From NCBI GenBank assembly GCA_963633085.1, contig CAVGWX010000001.1, forward strand, positions 425 through 64,424: a DNA stretch of 64,000 bases. The letters run 5' to 3'. Each line of letters starts with the position of its first letter. Position 1 is the first letter of the stretch. A program made the translations under genes and the position numbers. This stretch comes from Prevotella sp. CAG:279. Lineage in GTDB: Bacteria; Actinomycetota; Coriobacteriia; Coriobacteriales; Eggerthellaceae. Positions 19,340-31,615 of the stretch are shown one piece after another. Under the pieces are notes generated by a model, which was given only the letters and a program-made list of their open reading frames with translations, searched no databases and was not told the origin of the DNA.

Positions 19340-19372
19340 AAAAAACCTGCCGCGCGGGGGCGCGACAGGTTA
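19340..19372 (-). terminator. Terminator after ilvC
   Basis: Minus strand ACCTGTCGCGC/GCGCGGCAGGT followed by a T run. Confidence 0.65.
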
Positions 19373-19458
19373 ATTCTCGGAGAACGGCCAACATGACCGC
19401 CCCCACCCCGCTCAAAGCATGACCCGAGCAGGGGTGGCGAAACGCAGGATTGCCCGAA

Positions 19459-20607
<1,149 letters not shown>

Positions 20608-21093
20608 TTAAGCGTCTTTCGGGGAGCGCGACATGGCGATCATGCCCGTGCGCGTGACTTCCTTGATGCCGTAGGCGCGCAGCAAATCCTCCATGTCCTT
20701 GAGCGACTCGTCGGTGCCGGTGGCCTCGATGGTGAGGCTCTGACGTCCCACGTCGACGATCTTGGCGTGGTAGATGCTCGCGATCTCGATGAGCTCGCTG
20801 CGCCGTTCGGGCGCGGCGTTGACCTTGAACAGCACCAGCTCGCGGTCGATGGCGGCCTTGTCGGTGAGGTCGGTGATCTTGAAAACGCTGATGAGCTTGT
20901 TGAGCTGCTTGTTGAGCTGCTCGTAGCCGAGCTCGTCGGCGTTGACGATGATGGTGATGCGCGACATCGTCGGGTCCTCGGTGGGGCCGACCGACAGCGA
21001 ATCGATGTTGAAGCCGCGCCGCGACACCAAACCGGTGACGCGCGAGAGCACGCCGGGCTTGTTCTCAACCAAAACGGACAGGATGTGCCTCAT
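20608..21093 (-). CDS. ilvN: Acetolactate synthase small subunit
   Basis: VLVENKPGVLSRV..RRGFNIDSL ACT domain. Confidence 0.95.
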   Translation of the reverse strand: MRHILSVLVENKPGVLSRVTGLVSRRGFNIDSLSVGPTEDPTMSRITIIVNADELGYEQLNKQLNKLISVFKITDLTDKAAIDRELVLFKVNAAPERRSELIEIASIYHAKIVDVGRQSLTIEATGTDESLKDMEDLLRAYGIKEVTRTGMIAMSRSPKDA

Positions 21094-21095
21094 CG

Positions 21096-23048
21096 CTACT
21101 CCCCTTCCTTACCAGCGGGTTCGGGAACCTCCCCGATACGCGGGGCCTTGTCAGCGGGATCGCTTTCCCAGCGCCCCCCGAACTGAGCGTCGATGGTCGC
21201 GCAGGGGCTTTTCTCCGCTGCGGCTTGAACATGGGGCGGGATGTCGGTGCGGACCGCGCCGACCGCCACGTCGATGGCACCCATGACGTCGCTCATGGCA
21301 GAGCCCGGGGCGACCATCGGGAAGACGTTCTGGTCGGCGGGGATGGCCACGTCGAGCAGGTAGGGCCTGGTGCTCGCGAGCATCTCGTCGAGCGCGGCTT
21401 CGACCTCCTCGGGTCGCTCGATGCGCTTGCCGGCCCAACCGTAGGCGTCGGCGAGCTTGACGAAATCGGGGTTCGCGTCGAGGATCGTGGAGCTGAAGCG
21501 CTCGCCGTAGAAGAGCTTTTGCCACTGATGGACCATGCCGAGGGCGCGGTTGTCGAGGATGAGCACCTTCACGGGCACGTTGTTGATGGCGGCGGTGGCC
21601 ATTTCCTGGCTGTTCATCTGGAACGAGCCGTCGCCGGCGATGCAGACGACCTGCGAAGAGGGGCAGCCGAAGGCCGCGCCGATGGCGGCCGGGAAGCCGA
21701 ATCCCATGGTGCCCAGGCCGCCGGAGGAGATGAACGTGCGCGGGCGCTCGCGGTTGATGAACTGCGCCGCCCACATCTGATGCTGGCCGACCTCGGTGAC
21801 GACGATCGAACGGGCGGGATCGAGCTTGGCGGAAAGGCTCTGCAGCACTCGTTCGGGGACGATGGTGCCGGTCTCTTCCGCAAGCTGCCTATGGTAGAAC
21901 GGGAAGCGGCGGCGCCATTCCCCGATCTGCTCGAGCCACGCGTCGGTCGCGGGCTTTACGCCGGCCTTCTCCGCCGCGTCCGCGATGCCGGCGAGCACGC
22001 CCTTCAGGTCGCCGACGATGGGCACCTGGACCTCGCGGATCTTGCCGATTTCCGCCGGGTCGATGTCGATATGGATGACCTCGGCGTGCGGCGCGAATTC
22101 GGAAAGCTTGCCCGTCACGCGGTCGGAGAAGCGCGCGCCGCAGGCGATGATGAGGTCGGACTCGGTCATGGCGAGGTTGGCGTACTTGGAGCCGTGCATG
22201 CCCACGAGGCCGAAGTTCAGCGGGTTGGACGCCGGGAAGGCGCCCTTGCCCATGAGCGTGGTGACCACGGGCAGCTTGAGCATGTCGGCAAGGCGCACAA
22301 GCTCCTCGGACGCGCCGGAGGACACGACGCCGCCGCCGACGTAGAGCACCGGGCGCTCGGCGCGCTCGATGCGCGCCACGGCCGCGCGGATCTGCTTGGC
22401 GTTGCCGCGGTAGGTGGGACGGTACGATGGCAGGTTCACCTTGTCGGGGTACTCGAACGTCATCGACTCGGACAGGATGTCGGAGGGGATGTCGATGAGC
22501 ACCGGGCCGGGACGGCCGGAGGCGGCGATATGGAACGCCTCGCGGAAGGTGGCGGTGAGCTCGTCGGTGGACTGCAGCAGGAAGGAGTGCTTCACGACCG
22601 GCATGGTGATGCCGACGATGTCGGACTCCTGGAAGCTGTCGGTGCCGATGACGCCGCGCGGCACCTGGCCGGTGATGACCACGAGCGGCACGCTGTCCAT
22701 GTAGGCGGTGGCGATGCCCGTGACGGTGTTGGTGGCGCCGGGGCCGGAGGTCACGATGACGACGCCGACGTTGCCCGTGGCGCGGGCGTAGCCGTCGGCC
22801 TCGTGCACGGCGCCCTGCTCGTGGCGCGCGAGCACGTGGTGCAGCTGCTTGCTGTCGTAGAGCGCGTCGTAGATCTTGATGGCCTGGCCGCCGGGGTAGC
22901 CGAAGACCCTATCGACGCCCTCGGCCTCGAGCGAGGCGACGACGGCCTGCGCGCCGATCATCTGCTGGCCCTGCTTGGCCGTTTTGCTGCCCAGCCCGCG
23001 CACCTCGCCGGCGCTTGAGGCGTGCTTGTCCATTTTGCTTTCGCTCAT
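21096..23048 (-). CDS. ilvB: Acetolactate synthase large subunit
   Basis: [28 protein letters not shown] (ThDP binding), LGMV. Confidence 0.96.
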   Translation of the reverse strand: MSESKMDKHASSAGEVRGLGSKTAKQGQQMIGAQAVVASLEAEGVDRVFGYPGGQAIKIYDALYDSKQLHHVLARHEQGAVHEADGYARATGNVGVVIVTSGPGATNTVTGIATAYMDSVPLVVITGQVPRGVIGTDSFQESDIVGITMPVVKHSFLLQSTDELTATFREAFHIAASGRPGPVLIDIPSDILSESMTFEYPDKVNLPSYRPTYRGNAKQIRAAVARIERAERPVLYVGGGVVSSGASEELVRLADMLKLPVVTTLMGKGAFPASNPLNFGLVGMHGSKYANLAMTESDLIIACGARFSDRVTGKLSEFAPHAEVIHIDIDPAEIGKIREVQVPIVGDLKGVLAGIADAAEKAGVKPATDAWLEQIGEWRRRFPFYHRQLAEETGTIVPERVLQSLSAKLDPARSIVVTEVGQHQMWAAQFINRERPRTFISSGGLGTMGFGFPAAIGAAFGCPSSQVVCIAGDGSFQMNSQEMATAAINNVPVKVLILDNRALGMVHQWQKLFYGERFSSTILDANPDFVKLADAYGWAGKRIERPEEVEAALDEMLASTRPYLLDVAIPADQNVFPMVAPGSAMSDVMGAIDVAVGAVRTDIPPHVQAAAEKSPCATIDAQFGGRWESDPADKAPRIGEVPEPAGKEGE

Positions 23049-24721
23049 GAGAGATAGGCCCCCTTGTCTGCGGAGGAAACGAGTTTGGCGTACTTGGCCA
23101 GCACGCCGTGGTTGTGCTTGGGCGCCGGGGCCACGAAGGCCGCGCGGCGAGCTTCAAGCACCTCATCGGGCACGTTGAGCTCAAGCTTGCCGCCCTCGAT
23201 GTCGACGGTGATCTCGTCGCCGTCCTCGATGAGCGCGATGGGGCCGCCGGAAGCCGCTTCGGGGCTCACATGCCCGATGCAGGGGCCCTTCGAGGCGCCG
23301 GAGAAGCGCCCGTCGGTGATGAGGGCGACCGACTTGGAAAGCCCCATGCCCACGATGGCCGAGGTAGGCGTGAGCATCTCGCGCATGCCCGGGCCGCCGG
23401 CGGGACCTTCGTAGCGGATGACCACGACGTCGCCGGGCTTGATCTGGTTGGCGAAGATGGCCTCGCAGGCCTCTTCCTCGGAATTGAAGCAGCGGGCCGG
23501 GCCGGTATGGGTGAGCATGCTCGGGTCGACCGCCGACTTCTTCACGATGCCGCCGTTCGGCGCGATGTTGCCGTGCAGCACGCGAAGCGCGCCCACCTTC
23601 GAGAAGGGGTTGTCGTGCGTGCGGCACACTTCCCCGTCGGCCGGCTTCGTGCAATTCTGCAGATACTCGTCGATGGTGCCCATGACGGTGAGCGCGCTGC
23701 GGTCGAGCAGGCCGGCTTCGCCGAGCTCGTGCATGACCACCGGCACGCCGCCGACGGCGTACAGGTCGATGAGCGGGCGCGGGCCGGAAGGCTGCAGCTT
23801 CACCAGATGCGGCGTGCGGGCGCTTGCGGCGTCCCAGTCGTCCATGGTGATGGGGCAGCCAGCCTCCATGGCGATGGCCGTCAGGTGCAGCACGGTGTTC
23901 GTGGAGCCGCCGAAGGCCATGTCGCACTCCATGGCGTTGTGGATGGCGGCCTCGTTGATGATGTCGCCGATGCGGATGTTCTTCTCGAGCATCTCCATGA
24001 CCTTCATGCCGGCGTGCTTGGCCAGGCGCAGGCGCTCGGAGTAGACGGCCGGGATGGTGCCGTTGCCGGGAAGCGCGATGCCGAGCGCCTCGCACAGGCA
24101 GTTCATCGAATTGGCCGTGAACATGCCCGAGCAGCTTCCGCAGGTGGGGCAGGCGGTTTCCTCGAAGTACTTGAGCTCTTCCTCGGTCATGGTGCCGGCC
24201 GTGACCTGGCCCGCGCCGTCGAAGAGCGTGTTGAGGTCGGTGGTGGGGCCGTCCGTGCAGCCGGGCTGATGGCCGGGAAGCATCGGGCCGCCGGAGACGA
24301 ACACCGTCGGGATGTTCACGCGCAGAGCGCCCAAGATCATGCCCGGGACGATCTTGTCGCAGTTCGGGATGCAGACGGCCGCGTCGAAGGCATGGCCCTG
24401 GACGGCGCATTCGAAGCTGTCGGCGATGGCCTCGCGCGAAACGAGCGAGTAATGCATGCCGTCGTGGTTCATGGCCAGGCCGTCGCACACGCCGATGGTG
24501 GAAATCTCGAACGGCACGCCGCCGGCCAAGTAGATGCCGGCCTTGACGGCTTCGCAGATCTTGTCGAGGTTGTTGTGGCCGGGAATGATGTCGTTGCGCG
24601 AGTTGAAGACCGCGACAAGCGGGCGGGCCATCTCCTCATCGGTGAGGCCGTCGGCCTTCAGCAGGCTGCGGTGCGGCGCGCGCGCTACGCCCTTCTTCAT
24701 GGCATCGCTGCGAAGTTGCAT
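23045..24721 (-). CDS. ilvD: Dihydroxy-acid dehydratase
   Basis: [36 protein letters not shown]. Confidence 0.97.
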   Translation of the reverse strand: MQLRSDAMKKGVARAPHRSLLKADGLTDEEMARPLVAVFNSRNDIIPGHNNLDKICEAVKAGIYLAGGVPFEISTIGVCDGLAMNHDGMHYSLVSREAIADSFECAVQGHAFDAAVCIPNCDKIVPGMILGALRVNIPTVFVSGGPMLPGHQPGCTDGPTTDLNTLFDGAGQVTAGTMTEEELKYFEETACPTCGSCSGMFTANSMNCLCEALGIALPGNGTIPAVYSERLRLAKHAGMKVMEMLEKNIRIGDIINEAAIHNAMECDMAFGGSTNTVLHLTAIAMEAGCPITMDDWDAASARTPHLVKLQPSGPRPLIDLYAVGGVPVVMHELGEAGLLDRSALTVMGTIDEYLQNCTKPADGEVCRTHDNPFSKVGALRVLHGNIAPNGGIVKKSAVDPSMLTHTGPARCFNSEEEACEAIFANQIKPGDVVVIRYEGPAGGPGMREMLTPTSAIVGMGLSKSVALITDGRFSGASKGPCIGHVSPEAASGGPIALIEDGDEITVDIEGGKLELNVPDEVLEARRAAFVAPAPKHNHGVLAKYAKLVSSADKGAYLS

Positions 24722-24764
24722 AAGCTTCCTTCTTCCCTCTCATCATGCCCGCGTGCGCGGGCAT

Positions 24765-25012
24765 AAAAAAATCCTGCTGCAAGCATCTGCATCAGGACTT
24801 CTGCGAAAGGACCGCGCATGCGGTTCTGCCGGTAACGGAGCGACCCGATTCAGACTACTTGCGCAAGCCGCACACGAAGGTTTTTCGCTGCATGCTTGCA
24901 CGTTCACCGGAACTGCTCGGAGGGGGCATTCGAGCCCGCCCACCGTCGGCTTGCACCAACCGCCGACTCTCTTGAAGATGGGTTCGTCTCTACTGTCCTC
25001 GTCATAGCATTT
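24765..25012 (-). promoter_or_regulatory. T-box-like leader RNA with terminator upstream of ilvD (atypical)
   Basis: Minus strand GCUAUGA..GAGG ACAGUAG..AGAGAG..GGUGCAA..GAA..CCUC CGAGC (Stem I hallmarks), CCGUUA, terminator GUCCUG..CAGGAU plus U run. Promoter TTGCGT-N16-TATACT at 25063-25036. No UGGN bulge. Confidence 0.65.
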
Positions 25013-25170
25013 CGTCTATGAACTTGTGGTTGCCCAGTATACGCTGACGAAAAAGGTACGCAACACTTCTTTGCTATGAATTTGAATTTGCTCGAGATTT
25101 GCGCACAAAGCTCCCACAATGGGGAGCGCGAAACCAACGAAGAGCCGACAGGACCACGTGAGGAGCACCC

Positions 25171-25755
25171 ATGCTGACGTTAAGGAAACCGCCCATCGAA
25201 ACATACAAGCGCGTGAAGCTCGACCCCGAATGCCGCATCGCGCCGACCGCCGCCGTCGTCGGCGACGTGACGCTTGGCCGCGACGTCACCGTGCTGTTCG
25301 GCGCCGCCATCCGCGGCGATTACGGCGAGGCCATCACCGTCGGCGAGGGGACCAACGTTCAGGAGGGGTGCAGCCTGCATGTCGATCTGGGCAGCCCCCT
25401 TACCGTTGGCAAGCGCGTCATCATCGGGCACAACGCCACGGTGCACGGCTGCACGATCGAGGACGGCGCGCTTATCGGGATGGGCGCGACCATCATGAAC
25501 CACGCCGTCATCGGCGAAGGCGCCGTCATCGGGGCCGGGGCTCTTATCCCGGAAGGGAAGGTCGTCCCGCCGCGCGCCGTCATGGTGGGCGTCCCCGCCA
25601 AGCAGATCCGCACGATCACCGACGAGGAGGCGCTCGTCAACGACGTCGATGCGCAGACCTACATCGACGCGGGAAAGCAGATGGAGCGCGAGGGAATCCT
25701 CATCAGCGGAGCGAACATGCCCCGCAACATCCCCCACATCGCGCTGCAGGAGTAA
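25171..25755 (+). CDS. Gamma carbonic anhydrase family protein (YrdA/CaiE-like)
   Basis: Hexapeptide repeats, IRGD, TNVQ, three His ligands (LHVD, IGHNATVHG). Confidence 0.9.
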   Translation: MLTLRKPPIETYKRVKLDPECRIAPTAAVVGDVTLGRDVTVLFGAAIRGDYGEAITVGEGTNVQEGCSLHVDLGSPLTVGKRVIIGHNATVHGCTIEDGALIGMGATIMNHAVIGEGAVIGAGALIPEGKVVPPRAVMVGVPAKQIRTITDEEALVNDVDAQTYIDAGKQMEREGILISGANMPRNIPHIALQE

Positions 25756-25853
25756 CCGGCTCGGTTGCCGCAGCCGTCTGCCGAACGAGGCTCGTGCGCC
25801 GAGGTTTACTGCCGGCCGGCTAGGCGCTTCCATCCCCCAATCGCCGGCGACCT

Positions 25854-25965
25854 GGTCGAGCTTTCGCTCGACCCCACGAGAATCCTGCTGTTGGGATAAC
25901 GAAGCAGCAAGTATTTTATTTGGAAATCACGGAATCTGTGTGTAGGGGCGAGCGAGAGCTCGCCC
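25854..25965. repeat. REP-like doublet (GTRG-tagged palindromes)
   Basis: GGTCGAGCTTTCGCTCGACC-CCAC ... GTAG-GGGCGAGCGAGAGCTCGCCC; linker shared with 43341-43373. Confidence 0.75.
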
Positions 25966-26089
25966 GAAAACGACCCGGAGCAACTCGCCGACGACCAACA
26001 CCATAACGGCCTGTGAGCTGGGCGATCCTTTGATCGCTTTCATGGATTTCGGGGCTGCAAAATCTTACGAGAAGGCCGGTAACCGATTT

Positions 26090-27181
26090 TCACCGGATTT
26101 GGCTCTCCGGTTTTCTGCCGGTGAGGACGCGGGGTTTGCCGGCTAAATCGGCGACGATGCGCACGCCTTCGAAGCCTTCGGTGCAGGCGAGATCCTTGGC
26201 AGCTTCGAGGCAGGTCTCGTGCAGCTCGAAAGCGAAACCGCCGCCGGGGCGCAGGGCGACCATGGTCCACGGCAACAGGCGGCGCAGGATGTCGTTGCCG
26301 TCGGCGCCGCCATCGAGCGCGAGCGCCGGTTCGAAATCGGAAACCTCGCGCGGGATGTCGGCAAGAACGGCGGTGGGCACGTAGGGCGGGTTGGAAACCA
26401 CCAGATCGAGCCTGCCCAATGCCGCCGCTGGAACGCCCACGCCCAAGTCGCAAAGCTCCACGCGCACGCGGTCGGCCAAGCCGAGCTCGCTAGCATTCTC
26501 TTTCGCGAGCTCAACCGCAACCGGCGAGATATCGGTGGCGATGACGCGCGCATCGGGACGCTCGTGGGCCACCGAGCAGGCGATGCAGCCGCTGCCGGTG
26601 CAAATGTCGGCCACCAGCAAAGGACGGGCGGGCTTGGCAGGCACAGGCTCTCCCCCGTCCTCGTCGCCACCACGGCTGTCGCACAGATATTCCGACAACG
26701 CTTGACGCGCCTGCTCGTCAACGCTGTCCGCGGATTCATCGCCTTGCGCCGAAAGGCGTCCGGCCGCATCCATGGACTGCCTGAGCACGTCGCCCTCCCA
26801 GGCGTCGATGGTGCTGTCGAGCGCGACGCGGCGCGCGGCAGGCGGCAGGAGCGAGAGCGCCTCGCTCACGAGCACCTCGGTTTCGGGGCGCGGGATGAGC
26901 ACGCCGGGGTGCACCTTCACGGTGATGTAGCGAAACGCCGCATGCCCGCTGATGTACTGCAGAGGCTCGCCGGCTCCGCGGCGCGTCACGAAGCCGCGCA
27001 GGCGCTCGCGCTCTTCGGGGGTGAGCGGCTCGTCGAAGCAGGTGTACAGCTCGATGCGCGAATGCCCGGTCGCCTCCCCGATCAGCCATTCCGCGGACAG
27101 GCGCGGGGAGCTGTCGCCCTTGCGGGCAAGATAGCCCTGCGTCCAGTCGAGGGCCCGTTTGATCGTCCAGGTTTCTTCCAT
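26090..27181 (-). CDS. prmC: Release factor glutamine methyltransferase, with internal insertion
   Basis: GEPLQYI, LIPRPETE, DICTGSGCIA, SNPPY; follows prfA. Confidence 0.93.
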   Translation of the reverse strand: MEETWTIKRALDWTQGYLARKGDSSPRLSAEWLIGEATGHSRIELYTCFDEPLTPEERERLRGFVTRRGAGEPLQYISGHAAFRYITVKVHPGVLIPRPETEVLVSEALSLLPPAARRVALDSTIDAWEGDVLRQSMDAAGRLSAQGDESADSVDEQARQALSEYLCDSRGGDEDGGEPVPAKPARPLLVADICTGSGCIACSVAHERPDARVIATDISPVAVELAKENASELGLADRVRVELCDLGVGVPAAALGRLDLVVSNPPYVPTAVLADIPREVSDFEPALALDGGADGNDILRRLLPWTMVALRPGGGFAFELHETCLEAAKDLACTEGFEGVRIVADLAGKPRVLTGRKPESQIR

Positions 27182-27264
27182 GAATGCTCTTTTCGGCACA
27201 ACACAGACCGAAGGCGCGAGCACGCGCCCACGCCTTCGGTCGAATTTACTCGTGAAGCGATCGC

Positions 27265-28338
<1,074 letters not shown>

Positions 28339-28459
28339 GGTCGATGCATCCTTCTATGAGCAGTGCCATAACGCCTGGAAAACCGGCAACGCGGCGTCCA
28401 AGCGCGTGCGCCTGCGGCAAAAATGCCGAACGGGCGCGTATTCGAACTTTCAAAGTTTA

Positions 28460-29422
28460 TCAGATTGAAAGCTCGCTTGCAGCCTGCTCCGCACAGACTG
28501 CACCATCGGCAACCGCCGTGACCACCTGGCGAAGCTCCTTCGCGCGCACGTCCCCCGCGGCGTACACCCCCGGCACCCCGGTGCGACCGGTCTGATCGGC
28601 CACGATATAGCCAGCTTCGTCCAAAGGCAGCGCGCCGGAGAGGAATTCCGTGTTCGGCTGCGTGCCGATGGCGACGAACAGCCCGTCGGCGTCAACGGTC
28701 TCGACCGGCCCGCCGTCATGCGAGATGTCCACGGCCGCAAGCTTGCCGCCCTCGGAGCGCAGGGCGACCACGTTCGCCTGAAGGACCAGCCGGACGTTTT
28801 GCGCGGCGGCGAGCTGCTCGTCGTACACGGCGGTGGCGCGCAGGCGGTCGCGGCGATGCACGAGCACAACCTCCGAAGCGATGCGCGAGAGATACAGCGC
28901 ATCGGCGACCGCGGTGTTTCCCCCGCCGACCACCACCACGCGCTTGCCGCGGAAAAAGCCGCCGTCGCATGTGGCGCAATACGACACGCCGCGACCGGCC
29001 AGCTCCTCCTCGCCCGCCAGGCCGATCTTGCGCGGCCTGGCGCCGGTGGCGACGATGACGCTGCGCGCCCGATAGGTGCTAAACGGCGTGGCAAGCGTTT
29101 TGACCTGAGGAGCAAGATCCAACCCGTCAACCTCCTCGGAGATGATGCGCGCGCCGAAGCGCTCGGCCTGCTCCTTCATGGACCAGGCCAGCTCGAAGCC
29201 GCCCGCCCCCGCAGGAAAGCCCGGGTAGTTGTCCACGCGCTCGGTCTGGGCGAGCTGCCCGCCCGGCGCGGTTCGCTCGAACACCGCCACGTCCAAACCG
29301 GCGCGCGAAGCGTACAGCGCGGCGGCAAGCCCCGCCGGCCCCGCGCCGATCACCGCGACGTCGAGAACCTCCGAATCAGCGGGCGCAACGCCCATCGCGC
29401 CCGACTCGATTTTCGCATCCAT
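28460..29422 (-). CDS. trxB: Thioredoxin-disulfide reductase
   Basis: GAGPAG, CATCDG, GGGNTA, HRRD, AAGDV. Confidence 0.95.
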   Translation of the reverse strand: MDAKIESGAMGVAPADSEVLDVAVIGAGPAGLAAALYASRAGLDVAVFERTAPGGQLAQTERVDNYPGFPAGAGGFELAWSMKEQAERFGARIISEEVDGLDLAPQVKTLATPFSTYRARSVIVATGARPRKIGLAGEEELAGRGVSYCATCDGGFFRGKRVVVVGGGNTAVADALYLSRIASEVVLVHRRDRLRATAVYDEQLAAAQNVRLVLQANVVALRSEGGKLAAVDISHDGGPVETVDADGLFVAIGTQPNTEFLSGALPLDEAGYIVADQTGRTGVPGVYAAGDVRAKELRQVVTAVADGAVCAEQAASELSI

Positions 29423-29522
29423 GATGCTTCCAACCTTTCGAAATCAAGCCGCCATCGCCCGCACGGACAGGCGGCTACGAATCACATAAGCCATGCAGCG
29501 CCCGCAGGCCCCTGAAGCCGGC

Positions 29523-30845
29523 TTAGCTCGATGCCGAGCGAGATGCGCTCGCGACGTGCCGGCGGCGCAAAAGCACGGCAGCGATGACGCACAGGCACAG
29601 CTGCAGCACCGTCGGCGAGAACCACACGCCCACAACCCCGAAGGCCGCGCTTAAGCAGAACACCGCCACGCACACGATGATCGCCTCGCTTATCACGAGG
29701 ACATTCGACGCGCGGGCGTCGTCGGTGGCGTAAAAATACGAGGTGGTGGTATGCGTGAAGCCGTAGAACACATAGCAGATGGAGAACACCGGCAGCGCAA
29801 AGGCGATCACTTCCGCCGCCGACGCCGAGGCACCAAACAGCTGCGGGATGGCGTTTCGCAGCAGGTACATGAGCGCCAGGCCGACCGCGCCGAACGCGAT
29901 GGCCACCGCATAGTTGGTGTTGCGCAGCCGCCGCACCGTATCGGCATCTCCGGCGCCCCGATACACGCTGATCAGCGGCTGGCTTCCGTCGCCGACGCTC
30001 TGGATCATCACCTGCACGAAGAACGCGACGTAGGCGATGGCCGCATAGGCGGCGAGCGCCGTCTCCCCACCGTAGTGCGACAAGCTCACGTTGTTCACGA
30101 CGGTGGAAACCTCGGGCAGCATCGTCAGGCCGAAGGGGGCAAGCCCCAGCTTGCATATGTGCGCGGCATGGGACGCTGAGGGGATAAGCGCGCGCAGCGG
30201 GATGCGGTTGGCGCGCCGGGCGAAAAACCCCGCGACGCCGATGGCGGCGGCCACCTGCGCGATGGCCGTGGCCAACGCCCCGCCGGCCACACCCCAGCCA
30301 AATTCCATGATGAAAAGCCAGTCCAGCACCACGTTCACCACACCGGCGGCCATCTGCACGAACATCGCGTACGCCACTTCGCCCTTGTTGCGGATGAGCG
30401 GCAAGCACCCCGTGGTCACCAGCTGGAAGGGCACGCCGAGCGCGATCACCTCAAGGTAGCCGACCGCCTGCTGAAGCGTCTCCCCCTGCCCGCCGAGAAT
30501 GCGGCAGGCAGGCTCGGCGGCAAGGTTATAGGCGATGGCGACGGGGATGGAGACCGCGATCAGCATGATGAGCGTGGTTCCCACGACCCGCTGCGCAGCT
30601 TCCTCCTCACCGCGCCCGCGCCTGATGGACGAGATGACGCCGCCGCCCATGCCTATCCCGGTGCCGAGCGCGAACACGAAGCACACGAGCGGATAGGCGA
30701 CGTTGATGCCCGCAAGCCCCGCATCGCCCACCGCATGGCCGACGAAGATGCCGTCGACGATGCTGTAGATGCCCGTCAAGGTGAAGGTCACCATGGTGGG
30801 GATGACGTATTTCAGGTACTTCGGGATAAGGGAGAGGGGTAGCAC
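29523..30845 (-). CDS. MATE family efflux transporter
   Basis: YSIVDGIFVG, GVAGGALAT, about 12 TM segments. Confidence 0.9.
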   Translation of the reverse strand: MLPLSLIPKYLKYVIPTMVTFTLTGIYSIVDGIFVGHAVGDAGLAGINVAYPLVCFVFALGTGIGMGGGVISSIRRGRGEEEAAQRVVGTTLIMLIAVSIPVAIAYNLAAEPACRILGGQGETLQQAVGYLEVIALGVPFQLVTTGCLPLIRNKGEVAYAMFVQMAAGVVNVVLDWLFIMEFGWGVAGGALATAIAQVAAAIGVAGFFARRANRIPLRALIPSASHAAHICKLGLAPFGLTMLPEVSTVVNNVSLSHYGGETALAAYAAIAYVAFFVQVMIQSVGDGSQPLISVYRGAGDADTVRRLRNTNYAVAIAFGAVGLALMYLLRNAIPQLFGASASAAEVIAFALPVFSICYVFYGFTHTTTSYFYATDDARASNVLVISEAIIVCVAVFCLSAAFGVVGVWFSPTVLQLCLCVIAAVLLRRRHVASASRSASS

Positions 30846-31049
30846 GCAGGCTCGCTCCTTCGCTACACGGGACCGTGCGCAAGAAGGCCCCTTGGAACAA
30901 GTGATGCAGCCGAGCCGCGCAACCCCTTATTCGCGCGATGGGAGCAGGCGGCATCCGGCGACGTCCAATGCTATCACACGTGCCTGATGCGCCGACAGCC
31001 CGCTCCCCTGCTACCCTTTCGTCTCAACGCCTTTCGCTGCGTCGGCGAG

Positions 31050-31361
31050 CTACAGGCCGAGCAGCCCGAGGATGGCCTGCTTGGGCTGCACGCCCACGGC
31101 TTGCGAGGCCACCTCGCCGCCCTTGAAGACTGCGAGCGTCGGCACGCTCATCACGCCGTAGCGCTGCGCCAGGTCCGGCGAGGCGTCGATGTCGACCTTG
31201 ACCACCTTCGCCTTGCCGGCCACCTCGCCGGCGACCTCGTCGAGCACCGGCGCGAGCATCTTGCACGGGCCGCACCAGGTTGCGAAGAAATCGACGAGCA
31301 CCGGCTCGGGTGCATCCAAGACAGCGGACTTGAAATCGGCTGAAGATACGATCTGGCTCAT
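31050..31361 (-). CDS. trxA: Thioredoxin
   Basis: DFFATWCGPCK, SVPTL; AGGAGG RBS. Confidence 0.96.
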   Translation of the reverse strand: MSQIVSSADFKSAVLDAPEPVLVDFFATWCGPCKMLAPVLDEVAGEVAGKAKVVKVDIDASPDLAQRYGVMSVPTLAVFKGGEVASQAVGVQPKQAILGLLGL

Positions 31362-31615
31362 AGGGCCACCTCCTGTTCGCTGGGCGCCGCATTCCGCGGG
31401 CCCTTCCTTTTTGTTTCGGCTGCATTGTACGAGCGCGCCCGGCCCTTTGGGCGCATCGTTACCGTTTCGTTATATTGCTACTATTTTAGTACCATTTCTG
31501 AGAATAAAAAGCGCGGCGTTTGGAAACGAAACGCTGACGGCGAAAACCCTGAGAGCGCGGGCAAACGCCCCAAGGCTATACTAGCCAGAGAAGCAAAGCG
31601 AAACGGAGCAAAACC

